Origin: Adineta vaga
Lineage: Eukaryota > Animalia > Rotifera
Assembly (NCBI GenBank): GCA_021613535.1
Contig: CP075493.1
Location: 8,370,001 to 8,434,000, forward strand
Direction: 5' to 3'
DNA length: 64,000 nucleotides
The translations under genes were made by a program, and so were the position numbers. Within the stretch, counting starts at the first letter, position 1. Each line of letters starts with the position of its first letter. The notes under the pieces are model-generated. The model ran no database searches. It saw nothing but the letters and a program-made list of their open reading frames with translations, and was not told the DNA's origin. Positions 45,748 through 55,885 of the stretch are shown in pieces.

Positions 45748-48376
45748 TTAAGCAAGAATTCTCATGAAAGCTTCTGCGACAATACCGCATATTGGACATG
45801 TATGTATCAATTGACTACACGAGTCACATACGGCCAAGTGTTGACAAGGATACACTACTAATATTTTGGGATTAGTAGAGCACCACGAGCATAGATCAGT
45901 ATTATCTAAAAAAAGATAATATAGACGTTTTTCAGTGCTCTCTTAGAACTTACTCGTTACTTCTAATCCACCTTGCTGAGGTAATAATCGTGCAAAATGG
46001 CACTGTGGAAATTGACTGTGATGTCGTCGATTGATCTCGTCTGATGGAAGCTGATGAAAATCGTTCACCGAATTTGAACAATGGTAGCACTGAAGCAGGG
46101 TGCCAATACCAGTATAGTAAAAACCAGATTGAACCAGCGCAACGACATTGCTTGGACGTCCACTTGGAAACCGATTAAATGTGCGTTCTCGTTCAGAAGG
46201 AAAACTGTAAGGTGAATTTGACGGTAATATAAGAGTTGTTGTTGGTTGGCTTAGTTTTGTGGCTATATTTTGTTGTGTATATATCTCTGCCAAAGATTTT
46301 ATTTGTACTAAATTTTGCCGCATTGGATTTGAAGACAGAAGATATGGACAAGATGGTGATAACTGAGAATGAATGGTTCTAGGATTATCTTCGGGTTGCC
46401 AGTTATAATATTTGACACCACAATATCGGCAAAATGTATAATCTCGTGAGTTTGTCTTATCTAAATACCAACCAGCAATTAACATGCCGTTTCGATCCGG
46501 TGAGTCATAAGGCCATTGAACGAACGATTGTTCACGTTTGATTGTTTCGTCTAGTTCTTCGGGTAGACAAAGTGGATTGGACGGTGTAACATTCGGTGAT
46601 TGATCTTGTTCATTGCTCGATGAAGTAAAGGCTTTAATTGATTTCACTTTCACCTCGACTACCCGATTTTACTGATTTGGATGGTGATTCTGCAGAAGAT
46701 TGAGATTCATTTGTTAATGATTGAGGTAATGTTGTCATTTCGGCATCCGTTGAATTGGATATAATTTGTGTTGGATTAGATGATTGATCACGAACACGTG
46801 CTTCTAAAAAAAGAAAAATTGGAAATGAAAATTATAATCAAAATTAAAAGTTAGTTTACCATTTTGTTCTCTGATTTGTTTCATTTTGATACTTGGTATG
46901 ACTATATTTTCTTTTTTACCATCTATATGTTCAATTTGTTTTTGAAGAATTGTACAAGCTACATATAAATCCTCTTCAGATGTAAAATCATGTTCTGAAA
47001 AACAAAAATTCAATACTAATTTATTAACTTTAACGATAAATTAAAACTCACGTTTTAATCTTCGTTGATCTTCCCAACATCGTTTTATGATTGATAATTT
47101 GAGATTTTGATCTAATAATCTTTGTGAAATGGGCAAATCAAGTCGTGCTGCAACAAGTCTGGACAGAGTACTTTCATCAGGTATGAGTAATTGTCCAGTG
47201 TCACTTGTTATTGCGTCAGTGGTTGCTTTCTCACTTGATTCATTCGCTCGTTCACGTTCTAAAACGAAGGAAAAAAAGAAATCAATGATTATCTCAAAAC
47301 TATTGTATTTAGTAACTTTACCTTGTTGTGCTCGTTTAGATTCTTGAATTTTTCGATATAAATCATCACCACACAGTTGTTTAGCATATGCGCAGTGTGG
47401 AAACCATCGTGCATGTTCAATCATCGGATTATCATTTGGACCCCAATTTTGTAGGGAACCATTACAATAAAAACAAGTTACAATACTTTTCGTCCCTGTA
47501 TAAAAAAATCCTGCTCGAACTAAATCATCGACCGCTGGCAAATTCTCTTCTGGCCACTTCTCAAATGATGCATGTCGTTTGGATATTTCGGTATAGGCAG
47601 GATTACATGCAGCAGTAAAAACAATTTCATTGGATCTTAATGGATCAAGATTAGATACTACACTTGTTGCATTTTCATTAACAATAGTTATTGATGAAGC
47701 AGCTGGACGTATTAATTTCGCTGTAACATATGGACATTTAGGAGAAAGTGTTTTATGTACTTCACATGGATCATCTGTGAGGCGTCCATTGCTGACAGAT
47801 AAGGTTGCAATAGATACATATGACTCGATCACCAACATTGCAGCTGAAAAAACCGGCTTCGATCATTTGTGCTGTTGATGGAATAGTACGATGTGGCCAG
47901 TGAGAAAAAGTTCTCCTTCGTACTTGTTGAAGTAAAGGAGTTTCATATAAACTATAAGTTGATGATGTTAATTCATTTGTTTCAATTTTTAATTGTATAG
48001 ATGGAATTTCTGTTTCATTTGATTTGGATAAATTACGAATGCTTGAAGATAAGGATGATGAAGACGATGAAGAATGAATCATTTTCGGTAAAGATGATTT
48101 CAAAGATTGCATAAATGAACAATTAGGACTTCTTTCAGTGTGGATTTTTAAAGGATCCATAGCTAATGTCCAATTCGATACTTCAAGTTCGCAGTGTTCA
48201 CAAACCGCTTTGTCTCCATCACCTGTATATTTAAATCCGCAAGTATTCATCAAACATACACTATGAACGCCTTGTTTTTCTACTGATTTTCTCAATAATT
48301 GAATTCGTCTTTCAATAGTTGCAAACGTTGATAGTTCTTCTGTCTTTCCATGTGACCACTTTGATGCGGGGTTCAT
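45748..48376 (-). pseudogene. Inhibitor-of-apoptosis protein, 5 BIR + UBA-like + RING, with two frameshifts (or assembly indels)
   Basis: Five CxxC..H..C BIR motifs (CEHC, CIYC, CFYC, CRYC, CYHC) and terminal RING CSWC..PCQH..CDSC..CPIC. Frame breaks at ~47775 (inside BIR2) and ~46663. Confidence 0.75.
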
Positions 48377-48801
48377 TGTCTCGTGTTTGTGGGGTGGATC
48401 ACTAAATATTATTGGCAATGTAGGAACTGTTCCTGACAGTCTATAAGCAATATCTGATAAATACAAATAAAATATAACATGTGTAAATGAAGTTCAATGT
48501 TTTTAAATAACTATTTTAAAAATTCAACTTAGAGAAAAAAATAGAACATATGTCTCAAAATGAAAATGACTAAGAAAGAAATTTTACAGAATGCTTGCGC
48601 TACCTACATTACTCTCAAAAATTATCTCTTTTGATTAATTGCTAAAGTTACGCTATACTTACTGCTGCTTTGCACAGAAAATTCAATTTTAATAAATATC
48701 TGACAATATACTGATGGACTGACAACTTTAGAATTAGAATAGCATCTGCTTATAGCTTATCGAACATCAATATCTCACTTCGAAAAAAAATAGTCAAATT
48801 A

Positions 48802-48858
48802 TGTTGGAAATTTTCAAGTATATATATTCTATATATATATACTTGAAAATTTCCAACA
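48802..48858. promoter_or_regulatory. Perfect 26-bp inverted repeat in the divergent IAP / RING promoter
   Basis: TGTTGGAAATTTTCAAGTATATATAT (48802-48827), TCTAT spacer, exact reverse complement at 48833-48858. The regulatory role is inferred. Confidence 0.7.
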
Positions 48859-49204
48859 GAATCGAAAGAAAAATAGATTGAATATACATAGCAACCAATC
48901 TGCACCGTTACTTAGAAAAATTTGCACTGTCATTGCTTTCTCTACCAATCGTATTTTAAATTTAGTGATGAAAATGTAGGATTGACATGTACGAAAAAAG
49001 TATTTTAAGAATAATAGAAAAGACATCTGCAAAAAAGAACTTTGAATACTATAATAAATTAAGATTCATACGATATTAGCAATGTTTTTTTCTCTAGATA
49101 CATCAAACAGTTTACCTCTCACACTTATCGTACTGTTCGCTGTCATCGTCAAGTTATAATTGTGCTTCATAATTTTCGATATTCGACATCTATAATTTAA
49201 TAAC

Positions 49205-49456
49205 ATGGAAAGCAACCAACAACCCATCAGCGATATGACTTCTACTGATATTGAGAAATCTATTGACCATGATTTATCGGATCAAAAATCGGTATCTTCG
49301 ACAATTCATTTATGCATCTCTTGTGAAGAGAGTAGGCGAGCGGTGGTTTTCATTCCCTGTTCACACTACGTTACCTGCTTATCATGCGGCAACAGTTTAA
49401 CCCAATGCCCAATCTGTCAGTCAAAGATCATGGCATGTCTAAGGATCTATGAATGA
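49205..49456 (+). CDS. Small stand-alone IAP-type RING finger protein (zf-C3HC4_3), 83 aa
   Basis: CISC..PCSHYVTCLSC..CPIC..LRIYE; splice-acceptor-like TTTCTCTAG at ~49098 upstream and AATAAA at ~49541 downstream. Confidence 0.85.
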   Translation: MESNQQPISDMTSTDIEKSIDHDLSDQKSVSSTIHLCISCEESRRAVVFIPCSHYVTCLSCGNSLTQCPICQSKIMACLRIYE

Positions 49457-50216
49457 TTTAAATAGCAACATAGGCGATACATATAAGTATCCTTTACCAA
49501 CTACTTTTTGTTTCAAACAGTTATGATGTACACTGACTTGAATAAACGAAGATAAATTTTTCGGTGAATGATACCATGATTTGTTATATATTTCAGATTA
49601 AAACCAAGTTTTACTCGTTGATGACGTATATTAGTAATTTCAAAGCAGTAAAATAGATTTCATTTTTGTAGAAATAGAAAAAAACTGCATGTAGTCGATT
49701 GAGTCAAAGTTCAATTATACATTAAAATTGTAAAACAAATACTTGTCTAAATTGTTATTGAAAATTTTTACATCTTTTTATATTGTTCTGCTTTTCTTTT
49801 TCTCTCAAATATACGTCGTACAAATAATAAGAGAAGATTCAAAACATAATCTAGGCAAACAAAATAGAAGATCGATATTTCTCTCACTTCTTACAACTGA
49901 AGCAACTACAAATATTGTTTGTATTTCAATTGATTAGCTTAAATACATTTAGCCACGATAGTTTCAACGACATTTAATCTTGTTAGATATGTTTTGTGTC
50001 ATTTATATTTCTTGAAAAAAATGAAAAAATTATAATTATCATCGATCTTTTTCTTCTAAATCTAACTGAACGCAGTGTTCGATTGAAAATAGAAGAAAGT
50101 TTCATCAATATCTATTTAAGGTTAATTCAGCAAAAGGTAAGATCGTAATTAAATTGCGAAAATAAATATCTGCTCTAATGGTAGAGAAGAACGAAATCAT
50201 TTTCAACGGGATAATT

Positions 50217-51079
50217 TTAATGTTCATGATGAAATTGAAAAAGTGCAAAAAGTCGTAAGAAAGCTGACGAAGTGCCCAATAAACCCACTTGTATATAAGT
50301 CAATGTTGATGCCCATAAATAACCACGTGGCAAATAATTCACAGCAACCATAAATTCTGTACCATCACGGACAGTTGCTAACATTGCATTACGAGCAGCT
50401 GTCCATGGAACAAAGGATTTTTTCCTATATATTATCAAAGAAAACTCAACTAATTAAATCACAACAACAAAATTAATTCTTACTCTTCTTCTTTTCTTTG
50501 TACACTATAGCTTTGTTGTACCATATATTGCAAGACAACGTAAGCATTCCTATGAAAATATCAATTTATTGATAAAAGAAACATAAGAAAATCTTTACCA
50601 AAGAGCAGATGTTAACAAAGCTGCTGACCAAAAACAATTCGTATAAAAATCCCATAATTTATGATTTACATCGATCATTTTCATTTCACCTAACCATGCT
50701 ATATGTTCAGATGGATAATAACCAAGCCATGCAAGATAATGAAGGCATTTTAATAAACGAACAATCCAATTTCGTTCCTATTACAAAGAAAGAATATATT
50801 TTTCTTTGATAGATAAAGTAAAATCTTTGAATTTCTTACACCAGGTCTCAATTCATATGTAAATAAATCTCGAAGAATAGTCAAATCATCATATAAACGC
50901 AAGACAACACGACAATCTTCAAGTCGATGAAAAATACGTTGTAAAGATCGATGTAATTTTGTTTTTCGTGAATAAAAACCACTTATTAAACAACATAAAT
51001 ACAATGTAAATGTAATGGCAGCATCACGACCTTCATAACAATCAAGAACATCTACTGTTTGACTGACGATATCCGTCAT
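50217..51079 (-). CDS. PEX11G: Peroxisomal membrane protein PEX11 (PEX11C/gamma-like), 4 exons
   Basis: LDCYEGRD, LEDCRVVLRLYDDL, YYPSEHIAWLGE, AVNYLPRGYLWA..VGLLGTSS. Confidence 0.88.
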
Positions 51080-51556
51080 AATAATGAACAAAAGTTACAA
51101 GAAAAACCTTAGGGTGCCTTCTATACAGATGATGTTCTTGTCCTAACTATGCCGATATGTTCTGTGGCTTGTTGTCTTTTTTTTCATCCGTACTGGTAAT
51201 GTTTGTGTCTCGTTCTTTTTTCTCTCTCCTTGATCTGCTGTCGATGTATATGCATTGGTTACCAATCGTATTTTCTACTGCTACATCATCTTGTGATAAA
51301 CGGAGTCTCGACATACGAGAGAAAAAAGAAGGGTTTGATAATCTTCAACAAGATGAATGCCAACTAATAGACATCATACATATAGAGAGAATAAACTATT
51401 TTCTTCGTTCCTTGCACATTGACGCGTTATCCAAAAACACGTATACAATTTCTGTCTACAACACTACATCATACATAAAGAATGAATAGAAGAGTTTTAT
51501 TAAAAACAATGACATACTACTACTACTAATAAAACAAAAGCACACGCACATAGAAA

Positions 51557-51802
51557 TTAAGTGCAACGATCACTACGTAGAGGAATATTAGCACAATGTC
51601 CACTACAACAGACAGAATGTACACCAAAACAACGTTTTCCTTTTCTTCGACATTTTGATTTATCACGTGTAAACCAACCAAAAAGAAAACGCTTGTCTCT
51701 TGTATGTGATACATCCAGATTTGTTGTTCCCATTGTTGTTGATGGCATAATAATCAACAGAATCATGGTTATCATCAATATGATGTATACATTGAAGCGC
51801 AT
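51557..51802 (-). CDS. Secreted prepro-peptide with inhibitor cystine knot (knottin)
   Basis: Hydrophobic signal, RDKR cleavage site, C-x6-C-x6-CC-x3-C-x9-C. TATAAA at ~51940, 5' UTR intron ~51870-51804, AATAAA at ~51495. Confidence 0.85.
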   Translation of the reverse strand: MRFNVYIILMITMILLIIMPSTTMGTTNLDVSHTRDKRFLFGWFTRDKSKCRRKGKRCFGVHSVCCSGHCANIPLRSDRCT

Positions 51803-52547
51803 CCTTGAAAATAGAATAATAAACTATATAAAAATATGACATCGGAAAGATGTTCAAGTATAATTACTAACCTTGTATAGCAATGGAGACTGATACTAAT
51901 CGAGAGAATGACCTCAACAATACTTACAGTATGTATTTATATAGTAGTTCAATCTACTGTTCGTTCTATCTTTTCTCTTATTCGATGAACTTTAAGTACA
52001 AACAGGTCAAATGAGGTCATTACGAATGTTTGTGTTTTTTTTCCTTACTATATCGAACTCGATAATGTTCATTAAGTTCAAAATGAAAGAACTTGTCCAA
52101 TTAATTCTTTCTTTCTTTCTTTCTGAAATAAATTGAATATGATCATTGAATAATTTCATTCCTACTGCTGTGTCCATACGTCTATATTTCCCTTTCTCTT
52201 ATGTCATTAACTCGTGCGCATATAATGAGCAGAAGGTGATGTTATTCGATCTACTCATTAATTATATCTGTTGGACATTGACGCAAGAAAAGAGAACAGT
52301 TGGGTGTAAAGAGAAAGAGAGAGAGAGAGGGAGAAAAAATTGAATTACATAAAACGAAAAAAGTCACAAACATGTTAATTACAATACAATTGACAGTCAA
52401 AAAAAAGAAACAAACGTATTTCTTGTTCGCTTGGACGCATATTGCATGTTTGAACTTCTAAGTCATTGTCGGTCTACTGTTTATCATAAATCACACATTG
52501 ATTTTCAATATATAAGTCATGTTCAATTGCTTGTATAACATACAGTT

Positions 52548-53338
52548 ATGTTCAGATTTTATTTTTCGTTTATTTTGTTATTCAGGTAAGATAATGGAAC
52601 AATAAATCAATAACATTCTCAATTGAAGTTATTCTTTTAGATTCGTAGATGGATTTTATCTGCAAATGGAATCTGAAGGTATGAATTCAATCAGTTATTT
52701 TCTATTTCATGATTGACTTAATTCGAAATATCTTTGATAGATTATACCGCTGAACAAGAGCCATGTAATGCACGATGTCAAAATGGGGGTCAATGTTTTC
52801 TCTCAACATTCTGTATTTGTCCAAAGTAAACTTTCAAACTGTCTGTAAACAATACTTTTTTCAAATGATGCATTTCTTTTTCAGAGAATTTTCAGGAAGA
52901 TACTGTGAAGTATCTCTCAATGAACAGTGTGGCATATTTTCATCGATGACAACGATGGAAGTTGATTGCGTTCTATGTATTTGTTATAATGGTATATTTA
53001 TGTGTGATATTCAACCACAAGGTCTTTGTCGTAAGTTTATCTTCGTTGTTTTTTTCTCTAATATGTTTTACATTATGTTTTAAATAGAACCAAAATCTGA
53101 GACACTCTCAAATCGTTCCAGACGTATTCGTCATGCACTTAATATAATTCAATATCGTTTCAAACATATTTATTCTTTCGAACCAATGACACGACACAAT
53201 GTGACATTAGATGATGATACAAAATCGATTGATCTACATGGTTATAGAATTATTCTAAATCATTCTTCATGGACGATACCATCGATTTCTCTGATTTTTT
53301 GTTGTTTATTATATATTTATTTCAATAATTCTTTGTAA
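52548..53338 (+). CDS. EGF-CFC (Cripto/Cryptic-like) GPI-anchored protein, 5 exons
   Basis: Spliced product: signal peptide, [29 protein letters not shown] (Cripto-type EGF), CGIFSS..CVLCICYNGIFMC..GLC (CFC), hydrophobic C-tail. Confidence 0.8.
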
Positions 53339-53402
53339 TATATAAATATCAGGATTTATTTTAGAAAGAAATGTCTATGCTTTGAAATGATCATACATGA
53401 AA

Positions 53403-54772
53403 TTAATTCGATAACTGAGTTGTAGTAAGGAATTTGCCTTGAAATAATACTAAACCAGAACGAGCTTCTTGGATTGCAAAGAGAAAAGGACGATCGATTC
53501 TAAATTTTATAAGTTCTTCCACATCTCTCATCATACAGCATTCATCTACCATAATTATTGCTGTTGCTGCAGCAGCTTCAGATCCTATCACGTAGAAAAA
53601 TTCAATTGTTTGCAGTCAGTTATATAAAAAAAAAGTACTAACCTTCTTCATCAACACTAATGAATGCTTTGTGAATTACCTACAAAAAATATCCTTATCA
53701 ATGGATTAATGTACAAAGAAATATTTACTTTGCTTATATATAGACCATTTCGAGCGTCTTCTCTGCTAACGATACCACTAAAATCAGCAACTTGACTTTG
53801 AAAAGCATTCGACATTCCAAGTTGAATGAGAACATAATTCAATTGAAATTTTGATTCCATTTTAAATTTTGGTAAATAAAGTTCAATTGTTCTTGATTTC
53901 GCACTGTTAAGATTTAATGTTTGTTTCATTAATTGTGGATTTACTGTTAGCTTTTGTTCAACATCTTCTAATCGAACATTTTTATCTGGTAATATCACAG
54001 AAAAAACAAAGGCATCTTTTGAATTACTGTTCTCATAAGGTAGATGAATCATTTGAACTCCTAAGCTTTTATCTTCATTATACTGAAATTGATCTGTTTG
54101 ATGCATTAAACTAATTTTCGTAACTTTACCGTTTGCTTCATAGAAATTCGCCTTTGCATCAGTTAAATACTTATCAAATGGATTAATCCATGCTCCCTAT
54201 TGAAAAACAAATCGGTCAAAAGTTTTTTTCGCAGAATTGTAACAACTACTCACTTTGAAATAAATACAATTTACAAGTATCAATCGTGTATCATTTGTAA
54301 CATCGCTTTTGGTCAATAGATTACGAATTAACGTATTGGTTTGTTCTTCTACCCATGCATTGATTGTTTGAACAACTTTTTCACTTTGATTTTGAAAATC
54401 TTCTAATTTAATATCGGCTTGGAAAGATTTTTGAACTAGACTTAGATATTCTCCTTGAAGTTTATAGTCTTTTTGTGCATAGAGTCGATTCGCTAATTTC
54501 AATTGAACTTTTTTATCCTTATTAGCTAAGGAAAAGACGTGCATGATCTGTTCAGCTGTTTTCGTTATTTGTTGAATCGATGAAGCTTCGAAAACATTTA
54601 ACATTTGTTGTAATGTTTCATTTCGAGCACCGATTGTACACATTGAAATAGCAAGAGCAATACTTGCTGGTGAAAAAAAGATATTTTCATCAGAATTTTG
54701 ACGATTGATTTGTGTGAATAACTTGCTATTGAAAGTTTCAAAATCTGCGGTTGTGTTCGAAAACATAGCCAT
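53403..54772 (-). CDS. Intracellular inhibitory serpin, 4 exons
   Basis: NIFFSPASI, LANRLY, INAWVEEQT, ILVNCIYFK, LYLPKFK, hinge/RCL EEGSEAAAATAIIMVDECCMM, FRIDRPFLF; no signal peptide. Confidence 0.93.
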
Positions 54773-55132
54773 TTTAATAAAATATCGTCGAGATTTCTCT
54801 TTTATATCTATGGGTTTTAGGCAAATATTTGACTCATTGAAAACACAAGCTTGTGTGACAGAGTAAATAATAAGTGTATGATTCATGAAATACATAAAAT
54901 ATTCGTCACTTTTTTCTTGAGAGAAGGGAGGAATTGGTTGAATGAATTGAACATCATCTAATACGATAAAAACCTTGATTTTTAACCATAGATGACATCG
55001 AGCGACAAATCATCTTTCTTATTGGTCTGTATTCTTTCTTTCATTAAAGTATATAAATAAAAGAATCATGCCAATCATTTAAAATATCCTTAATAACCAC
55101 TTTCTATTTGGGTCAACTGTGGATCTATTATC

Positions 55133-55711
55133 ATGCCACATGGATTATCTTCTTCAAAATTGGCTTTAATAGTCATCGATATGCAAAATAATTTTGCATC
55201 TACGGCAAAGCCAATTCTTGCTGAAGTCAATGCTACGATCGCTAGTGCGCGTCGTGCTGGTATACCAGTGATTTTCTCACAACATGGCCATTCTGATCCT
55301 GAGAATGACGAAAAAACATCTGTTTTAGTTCGATGGTGGGGTGCATCAGGTTCTATTCGAAAAGGTTCTTCTGATTGGAAACTATTATCTGGTCTTGATG
55401 TTGCACCGAACGAAGTCATTCTCGATGAAAAAAATACATATGATGCATTTCATGGAACACGATTGAAATCTTTATTAGACAAACATAAAGTTGACACATT
55501 GATAGTTTCTGGTGTAATGACACAACTCTGTTGTGAGACAACAGCACGTTCTGCATTTGTTCAAAATTATAATGTCATCTTTTTATCCGATGGAACTGGT
55601 CCACCTTGTGAATCGACATTAAAAACGATTGCTTTCGGTTTTGGTAAAGTTATAACATGTGCTGAAATGCGTGCAAAACTCGATCAGATCGCTAAGGATC
55701 AAAGCAACTAA
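55133..55711 (+). CDS. Isochorismatase-family cysteine hydrolase (nicotinamidase 2-like), intronless
   Basis: ALIVIDMQN (Asp), EKNTYDAF (Lys), GVMTQLCCETTARSAF (Cys) catalytic triad. Confidence 0.9.
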   Translation: MPHGLSSSKLALIVIDMQNNFASTAKPILAEVNATIASARRAGIPVIFSQHGHSDPENDEKTSVLVRWWGASGSIRKGSSDWKLLSGLDVAPNEVILDEKNTYDAFHGTRLKSLLDKHKVDTLIVSGVMTQLCCETTARSAFVQNYNVIFLSDGTGPPCESTLKTIAFGFGKVITCAEMRAKLDQIAKDQSN

Positions 55712-55885
55712 ATTCTTCACCTTCTCCATCTATATGTTATTCTTTTTTTTTTCGTTTCTGATTATTCTCTGTTGGCTGGAAATCTGAGGAATAAATGCAA
55801 AGAGAAAGCAAAAGAAATAGTTCCTTTCCTTCTTCCAATCATCTAATCTGTTTATTCTATTGCACTTTCATCCATTCTCAACTGA

